DNA of 64,000 bases from positions 12,782-76,781 of the forward strand of contig JAMOTK010000066.1 of the NCBI GenBank assembly GCA_027062365.1, read 5' to 3'. The stretch is from Sulfurovum sp. (GTDB lineage Bacteria; Campylobacterota; Campylobacteria; Campylobacterales; Sulfurovaceae). Of the stretch, positions 54,874-63,620 are shown piece by piece. Made by a program: the position numbers and the translations under genes. Each line of letters begins with the position of its first letter. Position 1 is the first letter of the stretch. Below the pieces are notes generated by a model. That model was given only the letters and a program-made list of their open reading frames with translations, did not search any database and was not told the origin of the DNA.

Positions 54874-55469
54874 TAGAAGTAGATGAAAATGATTTGATGC
54901 GTTGTCCTATCTGTGGGGCTGTGAACATAGACAAAGGCAATAAAAATATATGCCGTCGTTGTGGGTCAAATATCTATAAACATAGAAATTTTAGTACAGA
55001 AAAATCATGGGCATATTTGATAACAGCGATTATTATGTATATTCCTGCGAACCTCTATCCTATTCTTATTACCAATCAATTTGGACAAGCAGAGGGCAGT
55101 ACTATCTTAGGAGGGGTGGTGCTTTTATGGGAGCATGGCTCGTATCCTATCGCGTTGGTTATCTTTTTTGCCTCTATTATGATACCTGTGTTAAAGTTTC
55201 TCATTTTGTTTTATCTGTTAATTAGTGTAAAATACCCTTTAGGAAACGATAAGAAAGTATCTAAACATAAATTATACTACATGACAGAGGTTATTGGCCC
55301 TTGGTCTATGATAGATGTTTTTGTCGTAGCCATTTTAGCAGGGTTGATACACTTGTCCAATATTTCTATCGTGGCAGGTACTGCTGCTACGGCATTTGCT
55401 ATCTCGGTATTTTTTACACTCTTAGCAGCACATGCTTTTGATGAACGTCTTATAAAGGAAAAACTATAA
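54870..55469 (+). CDS. pqiA: PqiA-family membrane protein (second half-gene)
   Basis: CPIC...CRRC zinc ribbon, TM helices and GPWSMIDVFVVAIL. ATGA overlap with the first half at 54870-54873, with RBS AAGGAAG. Confidence 0.8.
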   Translation: MIEVDENDLMRCPICGAVNIDKGNKNICRRCGSNIYKHRNFSTEKSWAYLITAIIMYIPANLYPILITNQFGQAEGSTILGGVVLLWEHGSYPIALVIFFASIMIPVLKFLILFYLLISVKYPLGNDKKVSKHKLYYMTEVIGPWSMIDVFVVAILAGLIHLSNISIVAGTAATAFAISVFFTLLAAHAFDERLIKEKL

Positions 55470-57110
55470 ATGTCACAGCCTATACCCAAAATCAAAGAAT
55501 CTAGTAAATTTAATTTTTTGACTTCTATTTGGATTGTCCCTTTTATCGCACTGATGATAGCAGGATGGTTAGCGTATCAATACTTTGAAGATTTAGGACC
55601 AGAAATAGAGATAATATTTCCCAAAAATGAAGGCTTGGTAGCAGGGCAAAGTGTGGTTAAATTCAAAAATGTACCTATTGGGAAGATTACTAAAATTTAT
55701 ATACAAGATGATATCGAAGGGGTAGTGGTGCGTATCCGTATGAATTCTAAAGCATCTAAACCGTATATGACAGAGTATGCAAAGTTTTGGATTGTCAAGC
55801 CTGAAGTGGGCTTTTCTGGAGTAAGTGGGTTAGATACGATTCTTTCAGGGACATATATTGATATTTACTCCAAAAAAGGTGGAACATTTCGCAAGAGACA
55901 TATAGGGCTTGTAGAACCTTACCATGACACAAGTACGGGTAAATATTTTCATCTTATTTCAAAAAATGCTAGTAATATTACCGTAGGTATGCCTGTTTTT
56001 TATAAAAGTATACAAGTAGGTACAGTACAGTATAAATATCTCTCGTTAGATGACAAAAATATTGAAGTTATTCTTTTTATTGATAACGAATATACCCCTT
56101 ATATTCATATAGACTCTAAATTTTGGATTAAAAATACGATGAATTTGGATTTATCTAAAGGCAAATTTGATTTAGATATAGCACCTTTGAACTTTTTGTT
56201 AACAGGGGGAATAGTCTTTTCTTCTTCGGGGGTGTATCAAGGTAGAGAGATACCAAAAGATGCTATCTTTCCATTGTATAAAAATAAAACAGAAGCACAA
56301 AATCATGTCCTAGGCTCTGGATTGAAAAAAAATCTTTTATTTATGCTACTGACTAGAGAATCTATTTCTGGACTGTCTGAGGGTTCTGTGGTGCGTTTTG
56401 AAGGATTTGATATAGGAAAAGTGGTAGATATAAAACTCTCCTATAGTAGAAATAGCCATCAAATGAAAGGAGAAGTATTGATTAAGATTGATACTTCTGT
56501 CTTTGAAGATAAAAATGACATCAATATCACAGGTGAAGAAAACCTCTATATGGCAGTAGAAGAGGGCTTACGTGCAAAGATAACAGCCATAGACCCACTT
56601 TCAGGTGCTCAGTATGTAGACCTTACCTTTAGGCACTCAGACAAAGAGGGTACGATGATAAAAGGAGATAGATATGTCATGTTACCTATGACAAGCCAAA
56701 GTGCTACAGGTATCATGACCTCTGTGACACAGATACTCAATAAGCTCAATCACTTACGCTTAGAAGAACTACTAGAATCGGTGACTACGGTGATAGAATC
56801 TACCTCTGAACCTATAGGCAATGCCAATACTTTGTTACTCTCTTTACAAGACACGGTAAAAGATATTAATAGACTCACAAGTAAAAAGTCTTTTAATGTC
56901 ATGCCAGATGAACTCAACCGAGCATTAAAAGAGATGACAAAGACACTCAAAGAAACATCTACCGTGGTCAAAGGCTATGACAGTGACTCTTTAGTAAAAG
57001 AACAATTGGCTCAAACTTTAGAGATACTCTCTCGTACCTCAGAAGAAATGCAAGTCTTTTTACGTATGCTCAACCGTAACCCTAATTCACTGATATTTGG
57101 AGACAATTAA
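55470..57110 (+). CDS. pqiB: PqiB, multi-MCE-domain intermembrane transport protein
   Basis: N-terminal TM (IWIVPFIALMIAGWLAY), three MCE-like repeats (GL.AG.S.VKFKNV.IG; G.PVFYK.I.VG; GS.VRFEGF.IG) and a helical C-terminus. Confidence 0.85.
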   Translation: MSQPIPKIKESSKFNFLTSIWIVPFIALMIAGWLAYQYFEDLGPEIEIIFPKNEGLVAGQSVVKFKNVPIGKITKIYIQDDIEGVVVRIRMNSKASKPYMTEYAKFWIVKPEVGFSGVSGLDTILSGTYIDIYSKKGGTFRKRHIGLVEPYHDTSTGKYFHLISKNASNITVGMPVFYKSIQVGTVQYKYLSLDDKNIEVILFIDNEYTPYIHIDSKFWIKNTMNLDLSKGKFDLDIAPLNFLLTGGIVFSSSGVYQGREIPKDAIFPLYKNKTEAQNHVLGSGLKKNLLFMLLTRESISGLSEGSVVRFEGFDIGKVVDIKLSYSRNSHQMKGEVLIKIDTSVFEDKNDINITGEENLYMAVEEGLRAKITAIDPLSGAQYVDLTFRHSDKEGTMIKGDRYVMLPMTSQSATGIMTSVTQILNKLNHLRLEELLESVTTVIESTSEPIGNANTLLLSLQDTVKDINRLTSKKSFNVMPDELNRALKEMTKTLKETSTVVKGYDSDSLVKEQLAQTLEILSRTSEEMQVFLRMLNRNPNSLIFGDN

Positions 57111-57697
57111 TGAAAAAATTTAATGTAATATGGGGAATCTTAGCACTGCTTCTCCTCAATGGATGTATCATGCTCTCTAATAATCAGTATTATATTCTTT
57201 CTGTGGCTTCTACACCGACACAGAGTTATACGCTATCTAAGGGTATCATAGGGGTAGAAAAGATTACGATACCTGCGTATTTGTATAAAAGAGATATAGC
57301 CATTGCTCAGTCATCAAGTCAAATCACACTACTTTCCAATGCACAATGGGGTGAAGATTTAGATACGGGACTTACCAATAGACTCATAGGCTACTTACAA
57401 AAGAAATTTAATCAGCCAGATGTCTATCCTTACCCATGGGGTGTAAGTAGACAAGCCCATATCAAAATATCGGTACAAATCAGTCGCTTTATCGCCCAAG
57501 GTAAGCACGTCTACTTAGATGCTACATGGCGTATCGAAGAGATACAAAGCAAAAAAATAAAGTCAAAACTCTTTAGTGGTATTATCCCTATCCAAAGTGA
57601 GAACAAAGAGGATGCTACAAGTATCGTAGATGCGATGGATAAAGCATTTATAGCGTTAGAAGAACAGATAGCCAATGGTGTAAAACATTTTAAATAA
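57110..57697 (+). CDS. pqiC: PqiC/YmbA-type lipoprotein (ABC-type transport auxiliary component)
   Basis: Lipobox LLLNGC, ~195 aa, with a TAATG overlap onto pqiB. Confidence 0.75.
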   Translation: MKKFNVIWGILALLLLNGCIMLSNNQYYILSVASTPTQSYTLSKGIIGVEKITIPAYLYKRDIAIAQSSSQITLLSNAQWGEDLDTGLTNRLIGYLQKKFNQPDVYPYPWGVSRQAHIKISVQISRFIAQGKHVYLDATWRIEEIQSKKIKSKLFSGIIPIQSENKEDATSIVDAMDKAFIALEEQIANGVKHFK

Positions 57698-57707
57698 AGG
57701 AACAATA

Positions 57708-58637
57708 GTGAAATTTTTAGGTTTTGGAAATACAGAGGAAAAAGAAGTATTAGAACAAAAAAGAGCAGGGTGGGATTTAGTGAGTGCCAAGGTAAAGACA
57801 TCGATGTTTCTCTTAGCCATCGTAGCAGAGGTCGCTTTATTGCTCTTTTTGGCAAAGTCTTATGGCTTATTGGGGGAGAGTGTCCCTCTAGGTGATAAGA
57901 TAGCTGTAGTGGATTTTAACGAACCCGTCACGCAAAAATTTGTCAATAAAGTAATAAAAAGTATGGACAAAGTCAAAAAAGACAAAGAGTACAATGAAAT
58001 ACTCTTTATTATGAACTCTCCTGGAGGCTCACCTACAGCATCTGAAGAGCTAAGTGAATACCTAAAAGACTATAGTAAAGAAAAAAATATTACCATGTAC
58101 GTACAGTCTGTAGCAGCTAGTGGTGGATACTACATAGCCTCAGCTATCAAACCTCTCATCGCCAATAAAAACGCCATGTTAGGCTCTATAGGGGTCATAT
58201 TACCTCACTACAATATAGGTAAACTAGCAGATACGATAGGGATAGAAGAAGATGATGTAAGTTCAGGTAAATACAAAAAGCCAATTAGTCTTTTTAAGAA
58301 AATAGGTGAAGAAGATAAAAAATACCTCAAAGAACAGTTACTCACACCTACGTATAACAACTTTATAGACTCCGTAGCCAACAATAGAGGCATGAAAAGA
58401 GAAGCACTCCTCCCTTATACCGAAGGCAAAATATTTGTAGCCAATGCCCCCGATATCCAAGGGATACTCGTAGATAAAATATCAGTCTTACATAGACTCA
58501 AATCCAATATCAAAAAGAGATTAGACAAAGAAGTAAAGTTTGTCAATATCATGCCTTCTGATCAAGTAGGCTTCCTCAAAGATAAAGTAGAATTTAAAAT
58601 CTCTTTAGACTCAAAATTTGATGAGGGGTTGAGGTAG
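57708..58637 (+). CDS. sppA: Signal peptide peptidase SppA, 36K type (S49 family)
   Basis: N-terminal TM, then IMNSPGGSPTASEEL, ASGGYYIASA and GSIGV. GTG start per the track. Confidence 0.85.
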   Translation: MKFLGFGNTEEKEVLEQKRAGWDLVSAKVKTSMFLLAIVAEVALLLFLAKSYGLLGESVPLGDKIAVVDFNEPVTQKFVNKVIKSMDKVKKDKEYNEILFIMNSPGGSPTASEELSEYLKDYSKEKNITMYVQSVAASGGYYIASAIKPLIANKNAMLGSIGVILPHYNIGKLADTIGIEEDDVSSGKYKKPISLFKKIGEEDKKYLKEQLLTPTYNNFIDSVANNRGMKREALLPYTEGKIFVANAPDIQGILVDKISVLHRLKSNIKKRLDKEVKFVNIMPSDQVGFLKDKVEFKISLDSKFDEGLR

Positions 58638-58741
58638 GTTTTTTGGGGAGAGACTAGATGCGAAATATCTAGTAAAATCCTCTCAAATGACGTAAAATAG
58701 GACATTTTTTATATTTTTAAACTTTTATTAATCCTTTCTTG

Positions 58742-58750
58742 TGCTATAAT
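58742..58750 (+). promoter_or_regulatory. Extended -10 box TGcTATAAT upstream of hup
   Basis: ttgTGCTATAATgtg lies 29 nt upstream of the hup ATG (RBS AAGGA). Confidence 0.5.
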
Positions 58751-58778
58751 GTGGGATATTTAAAACTAAGGATAATAC

Positions 58779-59060
58779 ATGACAAAATCTGATTTTGTAG
58801 AATTGATACAAAAAAATGGCGAATTTGAAACGAAAGCAGCAGCAGAGAAAGCACTCAAAGCATTTACCGATTCAGTAACAGAATTATTGGTAGCTAAAGA
58901 CAGTATTTCTTTGGTAGGTTTTGGTACATTTTCTACAGCAGAAGTGGCTGAAAAATCTGGTAAAGTACCAGGGACTGACAAAACATATACAAAAGCAGCA
59001 CATACAGCACCTAAGTTTAAAATAGGTAAAACACTCAAAGACGCTGTAGCAGGAAACTAA
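58779..59060 (+). CDS. hup: HU-family nucleoid DNA-binding protein
   Basis: MTKSDFVELIQKNGEF.TKAAAEKALKAFTDSVTELL...ISLVGFGTF...R.GRNP-like arm (KSGKVPGTDKTYTKAAHTAPKFKIGKTLKDAV). Confidence 0.9.
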   Translation: MTKSDFVELIQKNGEFETKAAAEKALKAFTDSVTELLVAKDSISLVGFGTFSTAEVAEKSGKVPGTDKTYTKAAHTAPKFKIGKTLKDAVAGN

Positions 59061-59077
59061 TCCTCTTGTGGCTCTTT

Positions 59078-59112
59078 GATAACTTTACTCTCTTTTAGGT
59101 AGTAAAGTTATC
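59078..59112 (+). terminator. Rho-independent terminator of hup
   Basis: Perfect 12-bp stem GATAACTTTACT / AGTAAAGTTATC with an 11-nt loop, followed by a T-rich tract. Confidence 0.6.
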
Positions 59113-59227
59113 TTCTCAAATCTTTTCTTTTTACATTTTTCTTCTTTACACTTTTCTCTTTATCCCTTTCAAAACACATACTAATCATCTCTAAGCTATA
59201 CTACGGTAAATATATCAAAGGATAGTT

Positions 59228-60025
59228 ATGTCATTAAAAAATACAATATGTTTTGGTGTTGCAGGAAATTTTGCACATCATTTAGAACAAGCTGGAGAAC
59301 TTAAAGATTTTGAAAATGTCCTTACCGAATCAGTCGATGCACCTAAAGGGATATTTCCTTTTTATCTACCTCATTCTACAAGCTTTTTGGGTCTTTATGC
59401 TATCGGTACAGACACCTTAGAACTTCCTAGCTATGAAGCCAATGCACAAGTAGAACCCGAAATCGCTGTATTGTTTGATATTGTCTATAATGATAGGCAT
59501 GAAGTAGTAGATTTAAAAGCCAAAAAATTTACAACTTTTAACGACTGTACCATTAGAAAAGAGGGTGCTAAAAAAATTTCCGAAAAGAAATCATGGGGCG
59601 TAAACTCCAAAGGCATAGGCAATAAATGGATAGCAATAGATACATTTAAAGAGGGTGGAATTATGGATAATTACCATCTATGCTCTTTTGTCAAACGTGA
59701 TGGGGTATTGCATCCTTATGGTGTGGATGCACCACTTTTGGGCTACTCCTACTTCTATACCAAGCTACAATTATGGCTAGTAAACAAGATGAACACCCAA
59801 AAAGACTTTGGCCCTCTTGAAGATATAGCCCAACATTTAAAAGCGTGTAACTATCCCAAAGAAGCACTCATCTCCATAGGTGCTACAGCGTATGCAGACT
59901 TTGGCGAACACCATTACCTAGAAAGTGGCGATGAAATTTATGTAATGGCGTATGACAAAAGAAGTGATGACACAAGTTTTGAAGACTCAGAAACTAAGAT
60001 ACTATTACACCAAAAGGTGCAGTAA
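59228..60025 (+). CDS. Conserved hypothetical protein with distant fumarylacetoacetate-hydrolase-fold-like motifs
   Basis: 265 aa. EPEIAVLFDIV...FTTFNDCTIR...SGDEIYV resembles the FAH-family pattern E.E.avvig...nD.saR...GD.i. The resemblance is weak. Confidence 0.35.
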   Translation: MSLKNTICFGVAGNFAHHLEQAGELKDFENVLTESVDAPKGIFPFYLPHSTSFLGLYAIGTDTLELPSYEANAQVEPEIAVLFDIVYNDRHEVVDLKAKKFTTFNDCTIRKEGAKKISEKKSWGVNSKGIGNKWIAIDTFKEGGIMDNYHLCSFVKRDGVLHPYGVDAPLLGYSYFYTKLQLWLVNKMNTQKDFGPLEDIAQHLKACNYPKEALISIGATAYADFGEHHYLESGDEIYVMAYDKRSDDTSFEDSETKILLHQKVQ

Positions 60026-60118
60026 GGGGGACTGTAAATAATTCTATGTTTAGTATTTTATCTAATTGACACAGAAGGATTTACAGTCCCTATTATTATA
60101 TTTTTCATCATACCCTCC

Positions 60119-60652
60119 TTACTGTAATAGATCGATGTTTTCATCACAATTATTGAAATTAATCAAATCGTCAGATGTTAATGTATATACTTTAATTTCT
60201 CCTAATCCATAATTATAATTCATATAGGTTTTTAATCTTTCTTTTGTATTAAAGTATTTATCTTGAAATAGTAAATTAAAAGAAAGAGGTCTTCCCCCTT
60301 TGCCCAAAGGAATATTTCGTGATTTTTCATAATATCTTTTACAATCAATAACTCTCATTAAAGCATCGTCAACTTTATTATCCGTATTATTTGGATTTAC
60401 TAATGTCATCTGATAAAATTTAGCCTCTTGCATTGCAATCACCTTATTAATTTGACTATGGGTATAATATTCTGTTTTATAAATCCATCTTTCCACTTCA
60501 TCTCTCACCCCATTCTTATTCACATCTACACCCAAAAGCGTAGCATCAGGATTTTTGGGTTCTGGAGGGAGTGTATGTCCTTCTATTGTTTCGGCTAGAG
60601 ATAAACTTAATCCTAAGATGAAGATAACGATGGGGTTATAGATATTTTTCAT
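60119..60652 (-). CDS. Secreted protein of unknown function, tandem paralogue A, with an EF-hand-like loop DVNKNGVRDEVE
   Basis: Signal peptide MKNIYNPIVIFILGLSLSLA. The first ~45 aa are nearly identical to paralogue B. Confidence 0.55.
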   Translation of the reverse strand: MKNIYNPIVIFILGLSLSLAETIEGHTLPPEPKNPDATLLGVDVNKNGVRDEVERWIYKTEYYTHSQINKVIAMQEAKFYQMTLVNPNNTDNKVDDALMRVIDCKRYYEKSRNIPLGKGGRPLSFNLLFQDKYFNTKERLKTYMNYNYGLGEIKVYTLTSDDLINFNNCDENIDLLQ

Positions 60653-60669
60653 AGGTGTACTCCTATATT

Positions 60670-61179
60670 TTAATTTATTTCATTAATATTGACATCACAA
60701 TCATCAATAGTTTCTATTGAACTTGTAAAAACACGACCACTTAAACTATAATCATATTTTAAATAAGTCTTTAGACGCTCTCTTGTATTAAAACTTTTAT
60801 CCGTTATTTTTATACTAAACATTGGAGTAGAAGCTATATTCTTGATACGACGATAATAATACCAACAATCACTACCTCTCTCCATTGCATCAAGTACTTT
60901 ATCATCCTTATTTGTAGGGTCAACCAATGCCATTTGGTCTGCTTTAGCTTGTTGCATAGCAATCACTCTCTCAATTTTAGGATGATGATAAGTAGGCATC
61001 TCTTTATAAATCCATCTTTCCACTTCATCCCTCACTCCATTATCATTCGTATCTACACCCAAAAGCGTAGCATCAGGATTTTTAGGTTCAGGGGGGAGTG
61101 TATGACCTTCTATCGTTTCGGCTAGAGATAAACTTAATCCTAAGATGAAGATAACGATGCTTTTATAGATATTTTTCAT
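60670..61179 (-). CDS. Secreted protein of unknown function, tandem paralogue B, with an EF-hand-like loop DTNDNGVRDEVE
   Basis: Signal peptide MKNIYKSIVIFILGLSLSLA. It shares ETIEGHTLPPEPKNPDATLLGVD with paralogue A. Confidence 0.55.
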   Translation of the reverse strand: MKNIYKSIVIFILGLSLSLAETIEGHTLPPEPKNPDATLLGVDTNDNGVRDEVERWIYKEMPTYHHPKIERVIAMQQAKADQMALVDPTNKDDKVLDAMERGSDCWYYYRRIKNIASTPMFSIKITDKSFNTRERLKTYLKYDYSLSGRVFTSSIETIDDCDVNINEIN

Positions 61180-61232
61180 AGTTGTATTCCTGTTAATTTT
61201 AAATTTACTTTATAAGTATATCTAAATATAGA

Positions 61233-61297
61233 GGGGGGTATGTCAATATAAATTGGATATTCATGCAAATTAAAGAGAAATTGACTCTGTGCAATAC
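61233..61297 (+). repeat. 65-bp direct repeat, copy 1 (left of the toxin-antitoxin pair)
   Basis: GGGGGGTATGTCAATATAAATTGGATATTCATGCAAATTAAAGAGAAATTGACTCTGTGCAATAC recurs at 61980-62044 with one mismatch. Confidence 0.9.
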
Positions 61298-61327
61298 GAT
61301 AAATGTAAGGTAGAGGTCTCCACTTTT
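61296..61327 (-). pseudogene. ~30-bp relic matching an internal segment of dnaJ (62478-62509)
   Basis: ACGATAAATGTAAGGTAGAGGTCTCCACTT against dnaJ ACGATAAATGTGAGGTAGAGGTCTCCACGT (encodes ...GDLYLTFIV...), with 2 mismatches by hand alignment. Confidence 0.6.
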
Positions 61328-61357
61328 GCATCAATTTGATTAGGGTTGGTTGCTTTT

Positions 61358-61693
61358 TTAGCTAAACCTCATGCACAATACATCAATGACCTTAGCTTGA
61401 ACATTCTCTTCTAAAGCACTTATTTTACCCTCTATTCTATTTTTAGAGATGCTTCGGATTTGATGACAGAGCAAAATTACTTCTTTATCATTGAGGACGA
61501 TTAACACTTCATTGGGATATATCTTTCTTTTTGCTTTACGAGAAGTAAGAGGAATGACGCTAACGATGTCCATTTGATTTTCAATATCATTAGAGACAAC
61601 AAGTACAGGTCTATGTCCTGCTTGTTCTCTCCCTATACTTGGATTGAGATTTGCCCAATAGATATTAAACTGCATCGTGTTCATTGTCTGCAT
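61358..61693 (-). CDS. Type II toxin-antitoxin system toxin, PemK/MazF family
   Basis: FNIYWANLNPSIGREQAGHRPVLVVSND...VIPLTS is the MazF/PemK signature. The start may instead be the internal ATG at 61684 or 61675. Confidence 0.85.
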   Translation of the reverse strand: MQTMNTMQFNIYWANLNPSIGREQAGHRPVLVVSNDIENQMDIVSVIPLTSRKAKRKIYPNEVLIVLNDKEVILLCHQIRSISKNRIEGKISALEENVQAKVIDVLCMRFS

Positions 61694-61916
61694 ATCGAAA
61701 GTCTTTTTGTATCTCTGCTATATCAGCCAAAACCATAGGGTCATGTGACATCGCTTCTATTTGCTTTCTATAATTTTCTTTTTTCATAGAGACAATAGTT
61801 TTTTCTAAAGAAGAGGAAACCAATTCTGAAAAACTTTTAAAATGTTTAAGTACACCTTCTTGTTCTAATGCCAAATAGAGATGTTCATCTATGGATATAG
61901 TTTTTCTAAGCATCAT
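61665..61916 (-). CDS. Cognate antitoxin (small protein upstream of and overlapping the toxin)
   Basis: 83 aa, directly upstream of and overlapping the MazF-like gene. The N-terminal MMLRKTISIDEHLYLALEQ is compatible with a ribbon-helix-helix strand-helix start. Confidence 0.6.
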   Translation of the reverse strand: MMLRKTISIDEHLYLALEQEGVLKHFKSFSELVSSSLEKTIVSMKKENYRKQIEAMSHDPMVLADIAEIQKDFRYADNEHDAV

Positions 61917-61979
61917 TGTATCCTTGAGTATGATAATTTATCATATATAGTATCATACTTTTGATTACAGTTAGTAACT

Positions 61980-62044
61980 GGGGGGTATGTCAATATAAAT
62001 TGGATATTCATGCAAATTAAAGAGAAATTGATTCTGTGCAATAC
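61980..62044 (+). repeat. 65-bp direct repeat, copy 2 (right of the toxin-antitoxin pair)
   Basis: Same sequence as 61233-61297 apart from c/t at 61285/62032; the offset is 747 bp. Confidence 0.9.
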
Positions 62045-62048
62045 AATG

Positions 62049-62093
62049 GACTTCTTGCATAACCCATCGTATCCGATAGGTTTTGCAAGATGG
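62049..62093 (+). repeat. Short (~45-nt) member of the hairpin-repeat family (copy C), immediately downstream of dnaJ
   Basis: GACTTCTTGCATAACCCATCGTATCCGATAGGTTTTGCAAGATGG has the same termini as copy A (GACTTCTTGC...CCATCGT.TCCGAT..GTTTTG.AAGA) and lacks the central ~50 nt. The stem is CTTGCATAACCCATCG / CGATAGGTTTTGCAAG. Confidence 0.65.
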
Positions 62094-62107
62094 CTATTTT
62101 AGGGTAT

Positions 62108-63241
62108 TTAACCCTTAAACCAAGATTTCACTCTATCAAATGCTGAGTCAAAGGTAGAGTTGTGAGGATGGCTTTCTACGCCGTAGCTTTCTTGTAGTTT
62201 TTCAAGCAATGCTTTTTGCTCTTCATTGATTTTTTTAGGTAAAGTCATTTGTACTTGTGCGACAAGGCGACCTTTTCTTCCTCCGTGTACATCGGCTACA
62301 CCCTCTCCCTCAAAGATAAACTGTTCTTTGTCTTTGGTGCTTTGTTTGAGTTCTAGTTTTAACTCGCCTTCTAAGGCAGGGATAGAGAGTGTCTCACCTA
62401 GTATGGCTTGGGTAAAGAATACAGGTACTTCTATATAAATGTCATTACCATTACGGATAAAGTGTGCATCTTCTTCTACGATAAATGTGAGGTAGAGGTC
62501 TCCACGTTGACCGTTTTTACCCTCATTTCCATATCCTTGGGCACGTAAACGATTGCCCGAATCTACACCAGCAGGGATGTTTACTGTGACGCTATCTTCT
62601 TCTTCATGGTAGCCTTTGCCTTTACAGCCACCACACGCTTCTTTGATGCTTTGTCCTTGTCCTTGACATTGTGGACAGGTCTGTGCAAATTGCATCGCCC
62701 CTTGACGCATGAGGACTTGCCCTTGCCCCTTACAGTAGTTACAGGTATCAAGTTTTGCATCTTTTGCCCCTGTACCTTTACAGTCATTACATGAGGACTT
62801 GTAGCGAATATCTACCTTTTTTTCACAGCCAAAGACAGCTTCATGAAACTTTAGTGGAAGTTCTATCTCAAAATCTAGTGCATATTTTTGGCTAGGGTCT
62901 CTACGAGATTGTCTGCCAAAGCCTCCACCACCACCCCCACCAAACATAGAGTTAAACATATCCATAACATCATCCATGTTACCACCCCCAAAGCCACTGC
63001 TTCTACTACCTTGACCTTCTAATCCTGCTCTTCCATAACGGTCATAAATGCTTCTTTTACTCTCATCACTTAAGATTTGGTAGGCTTCATTGACGGTTTT
63101 AAATTGCTCTTCTGCTTCTTTGTCATCAGGGTTTCTATCGGGATGAAATTTCATAGCGAGTTTTCTATACGCTTTTTTGAGTTCTCCACCAGAACAGCTT
63201 TTACTTACTTGTAGTATTTCATAATAACATATTTCGCTCAT
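62108..63241 (-). CDS. dnaJ: Molecular chaperone DnaJ
   Basis: J domain [33 protein letters not shown], a G/F-rich region and four CxxCxGxG zinc-finger repeats ([32 protein letters not shown]). I prefer the ATG at 63241; the track's start is 63262. Confidence 0.93.
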   Translation of the reverse strand: MSEICYYEILQVSKSCSGGELKKAYRKLAMKFHPDRNPDDKEAEEQFKTVNEAYQILSDESKRSIYDRYGRAGLEGQGSRSSGFGGGNMDDVMDMFNSMFGGGGGGGFGRQSRRDPSQKYALDFEIELPLKFHEAVFGCEKKVDIRYKSSCNDCKGTGAKDAKLDTCNYCKGQGQVLMRQGAMQFAQTCPQCQGQGQSIKEACGGCKGKGYHEEEDSVTVNIPAGVDSGNRLRAQGYGNEGKNGQRGDLYLTFIVEEDAHFIRNGNDIYIEVPVFFTQAILGETLSIPALEGELKLELKQSTKDKEQFIFEGEGVADVHGGRKGRLVAQVQMTLPKKINEEQKALLEKLQESYGVESHPHNSTFDSAFDRVKSWFKG

Positions 63242-63326
63242 TGCTTTGCCTTTATTTGTCAATCATTTTTGCGAAATTCTACCATAATTTAGCTATAATG
63301 CCCAAAACATTTCAGAGGGACTTTCT

Positions 63327-63620
63327 ATGGTTGTACATATCGTGACGTTTGCATTTAAAAAAGAGAACAAAAAAGCCAATATTATCCAAGCCAAACAGAT
63401 GCTTGAAAACCTCATGGGTGCTGTGCCTAGTTTACGCAGTATCGATGTAGGACTTAACTTTTCATCAGAAGAACGTGCGATGGATTTGAGTATCATCACA
63501 GTCTTTGAAGGCAAAGAGGGGCTTAATGCCTATGCCATACATCCTGAGCATCTAAAAGTAATAGATTTTATCAAAACAGTGGTAGAGTACTCCAAAGTCG
63601 TAGATTACGAAAGAGTATAA
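63327..63620 (+). CDS. Dabb (stress-responsive alpha/beta-barrel) family protein
   Basis: 97 aa: MVVHIVTFAFKKE...LRSIDVG.N.S.E....DL.I...F....GL.AY..HPEH. Confidence 0.75.
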   Translation: MVVHIVTFAFKKENKKANIIQAKQMLENLMGAVPSLRSIDVGLNFSSEERAMDLSIITVFEGKEGLNAYAIHPEHLKVIDFIKTVVEYSKVVDYERV

